DNA of 64,000 bases from Phoronis australis (Eukaryota; Animalia; Phoronida), in the NCBI GenBank assembly GCA_002633005.1, contig NMRA01000137.1:682001-746000 (forward strand), written 5' to 3'. This document shows, one piece after another, positions 28,065-40,800 of the stretch. The notes below the pieces were generated by a model that worked only from the letters and a program-made list of their open reading frames with translations, did no database searches and was not told where the DNA came from. The position numbers and the translations under genes were made by a program. Position 1 is the stretch's first letter. Each line of letters opens with the position of its first letter.

Positions 28065-29125
28065 TCAACCTTCAAAGTAGTTTTGCCACTTTTGTAATGA
28101 AGAGTCTTTCTTGGTCTTCCACTCATTAGCACTGATAGCAATCTGCTCAAATATTCGTAAGTTAGCAAGGCAACAGGCACCGATGTACGCCGCATGGTAT
28201 CTATACGGATGTGTGTGTACCTGAAATACATTTATGAGCAGTCGCAAGTGAACATCAGAGTAGCAGATCTGGGTCATTATGCAAACAAGGACAGATCCGG
28301 AGGACATCAGTTTATTTGAATTGAGGGAGAGCACTGTTGCCTTAGGTGAATGTTTTGTTATCTGACCATTCATTTCCTCATTTTTCTTCTTGTTACATGT
28401 CACATGAGTGCTATACTTCAGAAGGATCATAAGAATATCACGGTGAAAATAATTGTGAAGATATTCGGAAAACAACCTTTCAAAAATTTCAAATGAAACC
28501 GCATATACACATCGGCTTATTTTTGGAAAGGATATTGTATTTTCAGAAACTGTGTCAAAAAGTTATGACACATTTTAAAGCACATGTTCTTTTCAATGGA
28601 TGTAGTTTATCTCACTACTAAGAATGTTATTCGTACAGACTTTTTTCGCCTTTAACAAACAGCACATTAAAACTGTGCTTCACACTGTGCTAATGTGGTT
28701 ATTTACCAACAAAGTCTAACAATATCATGTTAAATCATAGTCATGTTAGCATAACCACAATTCCCAAAATATAAAATCTTGCCAAAGTAAATTAAATTTT
28801 ACATCAAAACATATCACATACGTATTTTAGAACAATCCATCGTTACAGTTTCTGAAAATAAGCCCATGGGCGTACGTTTTTGGACATTTTTACTGAAAAT
28901 ACGCCTATGGGCGTACTTTGGGTGGGCCTGTTTTCCAGTAGACATGAAGAATGGTTTGATGCTGTTTGCAATGCTTAACTAAGCTGAATGTGTTAGTATT
29001 GCGGTATTCGTTTGGGTCCTGGGCAGTGTACTTCCTTATAATGGGGAGGGGGCTGCTGTCAGACATGAAACCCAGAGAAAAAGACTCTTACAGAGAAGAC
29101 TGCGCGAGCGCGCATGTGTGTGTGT

Positions 29126-29164
<39 letters not shown>

Positions 29165-32100
29165 CATACCGTTCTTTGTCTCACCTGTATGACTAGAGAC
29201 GAGGGCACTAAAGCCTTCAAATCATTATTAAGCCTCTCAGCGAATCCCTTGGTCATGGTGACGCCTCCACTCAAAAAGATGCTTCTATACAACATGCGGC
29301 GTGTGTCCATGGGGCACGCATTGGCAGCGTGGATCACCAATTTAGCCAGGCCCGGGTCATCCACACCCCAGACAGCCTTGTTGAACAGACCCTCCGGGCT
29401 TTTGAACCGGCCTGTGCTTACTGTCAGAGTCCTTAAATAAATAACTATAACAATTACAGTAACTTCACATAGGTAAAGCAGCTGACAAAACAACATGTAA
29501 TTAAACTATTTTATACAAGGTAAAACACCAAGAAATTTTGAGAAGACACAGAAACTAGGTGAAGTTGCATGTCATAGCAACAGTAACACAACAGTACCAT
29601 TTTCTAGGCATACACTCAAATATAACGCTTCTAGTGGTTTCTGGGCTTAACAATAAATATTGTACATTGCATTTTTTTCGTAATAAAGATTTAAAACAGA
29701 TAGACGTGTGACCCAATTTCCCCTTTTGTTAGTAATTTTACAAAAAATATCATAAGTGAACGTCTCCGACTAAACCAACAAATCACAAACAAAGACAGTC
29801 AACTCACTGCGGTCCCTTGAGAGGTACGTCATATTTACGCACATCCACTTTCTTATCACATCCGCTGGTATCCGAGAAAAACTTTGATACCTCCGTATCA
29901 TAGTTGGCTGACACGTAATTAGCCTGCAGACAAAGCGGTTGGTCAGTTTTCATATTGTGATGCCATGTGATGATGAAACAAAATGAATGTGTGAAGCATT
30001 TGATAAATTTTCAGCCTAGTCGAAGATGAAATGATTTGCAACTGAACTGAAGCAGCTTCCACTCCATCCACCTACTCAATGATGGTGAATATTCAACCAC
30101 ACTTCAATTCTAACATGTTGAATATTCACTCGGAGCATATAACCCACACTTGCTGAATATTCACGTTAGGTACATTACTCCTTTGACTGAATATTCACAG
30201 TAAAAACTATGTTGAATATTCATGGAGTCCAAAATTGTAATCAAGTATTTCTTCAAAGCACATTTCTGCTTGACTGGAAATTTATTAAAACCAAATTCAC
30301 TGCCATGATGAATATTCAAAATCAAAAACTGGAAAACAAACGACGAGCAAAAAATAACCTCATGTACACGTAATACGACTATGTATCGCACATCAACAAG
30401 GTTTGAATGAACAAAAGCAGACGCATCATATTCTCCATGACACATCTCAAATCTAGTATTCACCAATATAACAAACAGCACGAACACTCCACTCACCTTC
30501 TCCATACAGTAGCGGATGATGAGTTTGTCGATGTCTGAAAACAGCCTGTATTGCACCAGAGTGGCATTGAGCGTCTCCAGTACCCTCTGGCCCCCATACG
30601 CCTGTTTTGATACTCCCGCTTGCACGACGTAACCTAAACAAATGATTCCTTGTCAGTTTTAGTGTCTGAACGTGACAATAGATGCAGCTAAACCCAATAC
30701 AGCGAAGCGACATTAAAATTTTTTTTGCTTGGCATGGACGTCACATTACTTTACATGGGGAATCTACTAATTGCTTTTGCGGCTAAATACAGCTTGATGT
30801 TTAGCAAACACTTGGTTTGTGTGAAAGCCCTACGCAGCTTCATCTTTAATATCATTATTTTTGTTTGGGGTGGAAACCTCTGTTTTTTGAATAAGCAATG
30901 TTCCCCATAACACATAAAACAATGGACCAAACAGAGTTCACCCATTATTACAATTTGGAAGACACAGACGCTAACTCGATTTATTCCAATTTGAAATTTG
31001 CGATTTCGACTTTACTGACTTGACCTACTTAATCCTGTGAATATTTTATTAACAGAAGATTAGATTCATGGCTATCTCATTGAAGCGTGATTCGCTGAGC
31101 AAGCAAAACATATAACACGCAACTAGCATGTTCTTGACGTAAGAGACTGATCTGTCACAGCAGCAAATGTTCTCTTCGCGGCTTATTTTCAACTCGCCGT
31201 TTACGCGAAATGCTTAACTCTCCTCCAGCCTCACCGTCAGTGACAGGAAGGACCTCTAGCCTCTCTCCCACATCTATGACGATCCCCGAGGTAGCGTTGT
31301 ACGAGTACAGTGCCAACATTGCTTGCGGTACCATACTGACGCCCAGGCAACTCATCTCCTCGATCAACAGCTTCATCAGCTGTGCCTTGATGCGGATACT
31401 GAACTTCTGCGGTGTACTCAAAATTACCTGCGTGAACAAAGTTGACGCGCATTAAATTTTAAGCCGCTTCACTGTTTTCACAGACCAAGAGTGTGTTCCC
31501 TTACGCTAATTTCTGGTGAAAAAAACTTAAGCAAGATCATTCTAGCTCACCACCTTAGTTTTGGGCGAATCAGCTGACACCCATATTAGCAAAGACTAGT
31601 AAAATACAAAATTAATATACAAGCAAACAGATGCAAGCCCATATCAAAGCTGATTTTTTGAACATTCACAAGTCAACAAGTTGTCATTTCTCATCAACAG
31701 CACTAGACCTATATTAATACCAGACTTGTCCTGCATTGGCGGAGGTCACAGCATCAATTTAATGACTGCAGGAGTCGGAATTGTCCAGCAAATAAGGGAA
31801 GAACCAATTCACAATGCATGCCACAATCATCTCCATTTTGCTGAAATAGAAGCCGAGCCTAGATGGCATATTATAATGGCCTAACTGGAAATCCTTGGTG
31901 ACTCAGAAAGCGACATGATCCCAATCTAATGATAATAATTAAAAAGTGACTTAGGCACATCTTGGTGTTTTGGTGGATATTTGATCTGGAGCGCTGGTTA
32001 TTCATTTTTGCCAACCACGCATCATTTGCACTAGGCAGGACTTTCTCATATTCCAATTTAGCGACCTGGAAATTTTGCCTAGTCGCATTTGGCAAGATGA

Positions 32101-34839
32101 CACTGTGCTGAGCCTTGACCCCAGGACCAGATGAAACACACAGCTGGCAGTACTTACCCAGTGCGAGGAGGCACTGACACCCAGATCTTTGAATATTTTC
32201 TTGAACAGACTTGGCATGCTAGACAAATCTATGTTGAACTGGAACGATACAATACACATGTAGACGTAGTGCAAAATACACGGTGCAGGTGTCCTAGCCT
32301 GTATTTTTAACATTAGTTCTGCTGTACTGTGTAATGGGAGACCTTATGTTCAACAGGTGGCGCTAATGAATAAAAGCTCGCAAGGGAACATCAGTGGGCT
32401 AGTGGGAGTACAATGTGACTACTGGAATGTATACACCAACACAACCTTGTAAATTTAAATCGGGCCATTGGCTCATTGATCCCTCGATCCCTGGTGACAT
32501 CTATTGAAAATCTGACTAATGAGCACTGCATACAGCACTTCTAGTGTGCAAATTGTTCACCAAATTCTCTCCCGTCAACGATTACTGATAACACTATGAG
32601 CTGTTTACTGTCACCATTTAAACCCAGTTGTCCCACCTACATTACATCATCGCGATCATACAACAGGGAGAAGCAAACATTCTTACACGTAGACAAAATA
32701 CCATAGGAAGACAAATTCAGAAATCTTGGTCAAATATGGTCACTTTCAAATAATTTTAATTCTGAGGATACACGTAACAAAAAACCATCAAAAGCAAATA
32801 CAAATCTTAGACTGAATAACAAAACACAACAAAACAAAACACGCTGAAGTCAGTTCCTTACCACAATTTCTTTTTTTCTCTACGACAAAACGATAAAGAA
32901 AATTACAAAAAACACAATCTAGTAAAATGCAAAGGAAACGCCCCCCCCCTCAGAAAACACTGAGTAAAATGACAGTGTCACAGTCACACGAATAAACAAA
33001 GACAGTCCATGGAGTAGTTCTACTTACTGGGTCACTGAATGGCTGATGGCATGATAACAAACATTGGATAAGAACATGTTATATCAAATTGAAAATTCAT
33101 ATTTCAAATGTCCATCCATAAATGCAAAAGCATACTTCCAGTATTTCTGGTCCTGTTTCACTGCAACAGCACGCTAAACCATTGGATGTTGGAGTTTTCC
33201 TGCAGTAAAACAATCTAGCTCTGGCTGAATTACTGGCTAGACTGCCAACAGGAGTCCAAATAAACGTGATCAATGTTTCAGTGCAGCAGTACTCAACTTC
33301 AATTACACCACACATGATAGAACTTAACAACAGAGACTGGAAAGTATTACAATCCAAACAGAAACAGTGAAAAACAAAATAAACAAATTATTGGCAAGTT
33401 TCTTCACCACTATGTCTCCTCTTGGCACATTATTTTCGGCTATAATGAACAATGGCTTGTGAGAATCGGTAGATCCCCAAGATGGACTCGTTGGAAAGAC
33501 TGGCACACCGAGGCACTGACTGTGACAAATCAAACACTGGCAACTAGTGACTAAAACCAGGAACTAGAGATACAACAGGTTTATCTGTAGGTGAGAACCA
33601 TGTCGATAATACAATATATATAATAATAATAATATATACAACATATACAACTGTTAAAAGAGCTTCAAACGGAATTAGTTGATCTGAACATCGCTTATAT
33701 ATGTCACGGTACCCTTTATCTTGCAATCTTCTACCAAATCGCATTGCTAAAAATCTCCTTAACATCCATCCTATACCTTTTCTACTGTGATGGTGGGCAT
33801 TATTGGACGGGAGAGCGTGTACTTTTTCCGTGTTGCTGGCTTGAATGCCTCGAAGCCCCAGATATGCGTTGACCCAGGGGAAGGCGACTTCCCTTTTTTA
33901 GTCTTCTCTGTTGCCACGACTGCAGGGAAAAACAGCGTAGGCAAAGATGCTGAAAAACAGAATTTCCATTTTCACTGGTATTGAAAACCACTTCAAACCT
34001 GCATGGCATGGCTTAGGTCATGAATAACGAGCTTTCATCGGCGACCACGTGTGAATTGTTTGCTGTGCCCATTGAAGGAATACATCGTTTCTAATGATTT
34101 GTGTAATTACCAAAACATTAGAAACTCATGGCACTTAGTACTTCGTTAATATGCTTGTATAATTACCGCTGTCACCAAGAGGTTTCTTAATCAGGGTACC
34201 TGATCTAAGGTCTTATTATATGGAGTAGACCAATAACACAGTAGCAATGGCTTCACCACAATTAAACACGGGCTAAAATAAATTGATATATCGTGGACTG
34301 AAACTGGCTATCTGAAACTGAATTCTTCTTTAAGCTAAATTAGGAGCATGTTTACATGAAGAAATACAATAAAAATCAGCCAAAACAAACGTGTTGGGTT
34401 TTGATTCTCTGGAAGACATTTTTGAATGGTTTCAGTGACTCTTTGAACTGTGGTAGATAATTGGCTTATGAGATGTGATGCTGAACAAAAGTGCACAAAA
34501 ATGCTTAACTGCGGACTACATTGATATCTAGATTAGCTTTGATTTAGAAACCGCTCATCATTTTGAGTAGAAACTGCGTGGAAGGTTTTGGTCATGTTAT
34601 GGACAAGTAACGATGTTCATGAAATGCTAACATATCAAGACAGACACCAGCTGAAAGGCTGCGTAGGCTTACTGCGCATCTGTTCATTCCTTAAAGTGAG
34701 TGGGACGGTAAGCCCTTAGTAGGACATTAGCATGAACAGTCATAATCAGTAATTTTTTTGAAAATTGTTCATACTTACGTTGAGCTCCTAGGATGCCAGC
34801 TCTTATCGACGTGCTGCCAAGATCTACGACTACAACTTT
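28065..34839 (-). CDS. Actin-fold (actin-related protein) domain, 8 exons
   Basis: Phosphate-1 VVVVDLGSTSIRAG (actin DNGSGMCKAG); VILSTPQ...PQAMLALYSYNATSGIVIDVGERLEVLPVTDGY (actin [34 protein letters not shown]); RFKSPEGLF; CPMDTRRMLYRSIFLSGGVTMTKGFAERL (actin CDIDIRKDLYANxVLSGGTTMYPGIADRM); C-terminal PYRYHAAYIGACCLANLRIFEQIAISANEW (actin [30 protein letters not shown]). Confidence 0.93.
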
Positions 34840-37800
34840 CTGCAATGAAAATAAAGGTCAAAATCTTTAAAACAGCAATTACTCGGAAATTATAAACTAG
34901 TGTTAATGTAATAATGTTAACATCAATTGCCAAGCTGTAGTCCATCCGTCTCTAATGGACTTCAGCTTGGCAATTGATTTTATTATTATTATTCTGGCTA
35001 ATAGGTGACGTTTTAGCCAGAATAACTAATTTTAGTAAGTTTTACTTCCAGTATTAGATTCAAATTTCATATAATTTCTCAACTAGATGTCTCAAATGCG
35101 CCATGCTTCTATACTGATTTACTGACTTAAGGGAAGGGCATCTTTCTTCATGACAGAATTTTCATAGTTTTATGCAATGATGGCTCATTTCCTGATAAAA
35201 ATTGCTCGTTTCACAACCGAAATTTTAGAAATTCATTAATAGGCGTTATCAACAGAAACAGGACTCCTGGACAAGAAATTACATCGAGCAAACACATAAA
35301 AAATCTACACAACTGGATGATGTTTTAGGCATAGGAGAGACTCCCTATGAAATATGACACCCTGTTTTACTCTCTACATAGTTCAAATAGCAAAAATGTG
35401 TCGTAATTTTTCCTAGTAAGCGGTTTTTAAAAATGTACCTAACATCTTACTCTGAGGTAAAAATGTTTTGCTTATTTTAAGTTGCTGGAAATCAATCGCT
35501 GTTGTTTGCCTTTACACTGAACACCTTCCATAACTAAACAAATTGGAAAGATATTGTCAAGTTAACTTGAAAACTATATTCAATAAATCTGCTTTCTTTT
35601 CAAACTTCTAATCAGATGAAATAAACAAACATAATCATACTCATTGCCACAGTCAAGAAATGTCCCCATCCCTTTATACCGACCTTGCTGGGGTGTTTTG
35701 GGGCCTGCAACATAGGCTGAATGTAGGTTGCCTCAGGAAAGTCATAGGTCTGCGTCGTTAGTGACAGCTGCCAGTCACGATATTCCTCGTCCGTCTTAAT
35801 ACGTAGCATCATGTAATGACCTCTCTGGAGCAGAAATGGTATTTAGTAGATTGTTCAGCACTTCACCCCAGGATCAGGAGTTATTTATAATCTGAGTAGG
35901 CAACAAGATATTAACAAATGTCCCAAATCGCTGAGAATAGGAACAATAACAATAACAGGAGTAATAATAATAACAATAATAAAAATAACAACAACAACAA
36001 CAACAAGAATAGTATTAGTAAAAACAACAATAATAATAGGAAAGTAATAGTAAAAACTCAAGTGAGTGACATGGCTTTCGCACTCAGCTCATTAATGAAA
36101 AACCCAAAATAGAAATGTTTTTGAATTGGATTTTTTGTAGAAAAAGTATTCAGTTTGGGTAATTACTGTTAAGTTATTCCAGGTGCGATTCCCATCACCT
36201 TTTTTGTCATAACTTTCGCAATCAGGTGACAACAATGTGACTTCTTTAAAAACATTTCAGAACTGGCTGTGTCACTCAAGATACGAAGTGTGACTGAGAG
36301 TGTGAGATACTGACCAGACTACAAAGGTGACATGAACCCCAATCTCACTGGTGATACTTACGCCATCATTAATTCCAATCATTCTGTTTCCCAACTTATC
36401 TATATTGGCACCCATCAGCTGGAAGAAACCAGCGGCTTTGTCCACTTTGACGTCCTGAAATTAAAAGTAAACAGAATTTTAAATAAATAAGTAATTTTAA
36501 ATCAATTATCTACTTAATTAATTTGATTTCAAACAAATCGATTTCAAACTCTTGAAAATATATGTATTCAATGCGTCAAGTAAAACAACACAATGCAAAA
36601 TCAAAAATTTTGATATTTTCAAAAATAATAATTCATGCCGTATCACTTACATGAACATTAAACATACACAAAGTTGAAATATCTTAAATGACCTTATACG
36701 TGAAATGACTGAATAACAAAGTCTTAACATTTGACAAAACTGGGAAAACAATGTCACATTTACCTGCTCAATAAAATTCAACAAAAATAATATTTTATTA
36801 ACAAAATATTTCAGTTATCATAAGCTGCCAAATAATTCTGGCAAAATGTCTGGCAAAGTCTGTCCAGTATATTTTGAATAACTACTGTAACACACAGTAC
36901 ATTGGGTTTCAGGTTCGATGCACCACCTATGGGTCATAAAATGACTTAATACAATAGAATTAGTGATAGATTTCAGTCTCCCACCGTTTCGACTACGGCA
37001 TTTGTTCATACAAAGTTGCAGAAACAGGAAAATACATACAGACTAATTTTTTGTCAAATATGAACAATAAAACAATTAAAGGAGAATGCCACCCAAAAAC
37101 AACCAATTTTGTATCAATTCAGATCGAGTAGTTCTACTCGATAATGGCACATTCGGTTGTGTTACCTGACACCTGACGGTAGACGGAGGTGTTGAAATTA
37201 CCCAATGACGTCATTGGTTTCACACGCAGTCTGTTCAGCAGTTCATAACATGGGTTTCTGATGTCAGCTTATTGCTTGAATTCATCATTTAACACCAATA
37301 AATCATCAAACTTCGACACAAAACCCTTAAAAATACACAGAGTTCTTATAAAAACGTGTTGTTTTATTTCGCTGTTACGGATTTATTCATGGTATTTCGA
37401 CTCACCGTAGCCTACAAAGTTCGGCAGGCCAATTTTTCCAAGGTCCGTAGCAGGAGTTTGGGGTTTGTTCGGAGATAAATTCGAAGTATTCTTCCGTCAA
37501 ATATAGACAGGAGAACCTAGATCTGTGTTGTTTAGAATTGTGATTTCTTGAGCTCTTAACACACAAAACGCTTGTCATCATGGCCAGTGGCTCGGAACCC
37601 GATCAGGCCCGTCGCGGCCGGACTGACTCGTTATCCCGGCCAGTGGCTCGGAACCCGATCAGACCCGTCGTGGCTGCCGGGACTGGCACGAACATAAACC
37701 AGCTTGAGTTGGAAACTAAACCTCCAGTCATGAAAAAACCATAATAGTAAGCCAAAGAAATAATGTGCACGTAATTATTTATGTGAATTAGCCACGAAAC

Positions 37801-40800
37801 TGAAAATCTACTTACTTGTGGGGGGCCGCGAAGTTGGGTTCCCCCTTCCACTGACCGTTACTGCAAAGGTTGTACAGTAACAATGATTTGTATTTGTATT
37901 TCTAAATAAAGATTCTCCTAACATGTGACCATAGCATACAAAATCGTGTAATTGTTTCATAAAAGTGACAGCTTTCTGTCAGCAAACACTGAATTAGCAT
38001 GCGTTCACACGGCCTCGGTGCCCGGTCAATCACCTTTATTGACGGCACCAAAAGCTGGTAACCCAGAGGTTTATTCATTGCTGGCTTCTCAACATTTGCA
38101 CTCACGAATACTGCAAAGGCATTACAAATTGTACCTAATGAGACAGACTTTGTTTCAGTTTTATATAAGCATTGGTTAGGATGAGAATAATTCATTTTGA
38201 AACAGAACGCAGAATAATAAACGTCTTTATGGCAACTCGCCCGGCGCCAATCCCGACTTAGTCAAGAGCTCATCCGACGAAGACTTCACGGGTCGGATCG
38301 TTAGGTTTCACAGGCTATCGAACTGGAATACACCGATCAAGAAATACTAGAGGGGCGCCGTGAAAATGCACAGGCAACGGAACGTATGGATAGTTCTTTG
38401 GTAAGCCGGAATTCGTCAGAGAAATCACTGTCGACGAAATGCCGGCCACAGACACGGACATGTTTCACGGCCTCACATACTTGCTATTAACAGCGTACCT
38501 TTCATTCTTCACTACCACGAGCCACTTCCTGATTTTGGGCTCTCGAGGGGGAAGTCGAAAAAACAATATACCCGCTTTCTTCACAGCTTCATAGTTCGGA
38601 CAAGCGGGAACAATGCACCGCAATGTAGTGGCATTCACTCTGCAGACGAACCACTGACGTCGCTGCGTCATTTCTCACCTTCCTCACAGGTTAACGCGAC
38701 ACCTCTTGGCAAGGTGAGGTCGACCGTATAAGAGGCGATGTTGACATAGACTGATTAAGACGGTAAAAAAGACTAATTAAATCGGGTGGCATTCTCCTTT
38801 AATAACTAACTTATATTTTCACTTCCAAAGCTATTAAAAATGCAACATCACTAGGAAATTTCTTAATTATTAATAGACTTGCAGTCAACCTCTCGACGAT
38901 TTCTTTTGGGCAAAACACTCAAAGAATTAATGTAGTTATGCTGAAGACAGTCCAAAGCGCAAGTTACAGGTAAGAAAGAACAGGCTAAGGAAATTCAAGC
39001 TATCTGCAAACACCAAGCATGAAATTAGACAGAGAAATCACTAACTTAGTATACGAACATCATGCATGCGTTCAGTAACACAAGGACCTACTCTAGAACC
39101 TCGCTAAAATCTAGCCAAAGTCATGTGTTCTCATTTAAAATACACCGCAATATCTCACGTAATCTCGTGAAGTCTTGCTTTTTAGCAAGGTCCTAGCGTT
39201 ACTAAACGGGAAACAGCTTCTACAACGAAAATTAGGGCCAGGGTGCCATTATTTTACTCAAAATTGAACTTGAAGTTACTTTAACAATTTCTGTTCTACT
39301 TTGGTACGAACTCAAGATATGCGTCTATAATTCTGAGCTTGTATTTGTAATGGTTTATGTCCGACGAATGAGTAATCCTATTTTACACTTGACGACCCCC
39401 AACCATGAAGCTGCGTGATTAAGTCAGAATTTGAAATCTCGTGTTTTTACTCGAAATCCCGAGTTTTTACTAGAGTTCGTAGGTTGAATCTAGCAGTCAT
39501 CAAGTGCGAATTTGGACTACACACTCATTTACAAAAACCATAATAAACTCAAGGACAGAATATTAAATAATAATCAAGAGTTCATATTAAAAGAGAATAA
39601 AAAATTTCAAAAAAATTTTCAATTTCTATTTCAAATAAAATGATTAGACCCCGAGCGCAGAAACATTCACAGTGCAAGTTGAGAATGAAACAGTGAAGTC
39701 AGAGATGGAAAGTGTGTGGTAAAAACGCTAGAACAGATTAACACCAGACTCAGGGCAATACAAACCACTGGCTTTCTCTGAAGGTATCAAGAAAATTGTT
39801 ATAAATATCAACAATAATAGTATTTATTTGTAGTAACTGCACTTTATGGAAAGGAACCAGTCACAAAATTATGCTGAAGGACGCAAGAGAATCGGGATGG
39901 AAAATATGAAATGTGACAAAAATTAGAACACAACAGTTCAAAAATGCCTAAGCTGATTCAAATGATTTATGCACTGTACGAAAATTAACCAGAATTTGTT
40001 ATCATAATACTTAGCATACGGGGAAGGCACTGCTAAGATTACAGATTGATGCAAAAATTTTGAATTCATTATTACTCATCTCAAATATTAGACAAAATTA
40101 AAATGATACAAAAATGCAAAACCTGTAATCATAACATTTTTGAAACTTCACCTTGAACTTCTATATTAAATGAAATTTGACAAAGACAATAAAGTACGCT
40201 AAAATCACACCAATTCTGGACAAAAATAATAGCCAAAATCGATCTTTTTCATTTTTCAAAAGTGCTCCAACACTGTCATGAACACCCATCATTTTCTAAA
40301 CCATTGTCTGATGGTAGCTATGGTACAGAAGTTCAAAAAAGGCAAATTAATATTAATTAATATTAAATTAATATTAATTCTGTGCTATTTACCTTTCATG
40401 AAAAAAATGGAAACACATTTTAGTGAAATGAATGTTCAAACACAATGTCTTCTGTCGGCCATATTGTGACCTAAACTGGTGAGACTTTACATATATGCCG
40501 AATGCAGCTTCGAATTTCAGAGTCAGGACACAAAACAAAGATGCGTAACTTACGTCGTAGTAGAACAGTTTCCCCCCGTTTATCCGGAAGTATTTCCTCC
40601 TCCATGTCTTCAACAGTGTGTCCTTGCTCTTCCCTTCTGGCAACATCTCAGCGTACCCTTCCATTGAAAGGTACTTATGTTGCACCTCTTCAGCATTCTG
40701 AGAGTCAAAGTTAAACCAGAGACATTGTCTAAGCACAACATCAATTAAACGTGTATATATATAGCTTAGTACACTGTTCTGGCTATATCGCCGAATTCCA

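Noticed and set aside
35918-36112. Poly-Asn ORF
   Set aside because: Translation of an AAC/AAT microsatellite in an intron.
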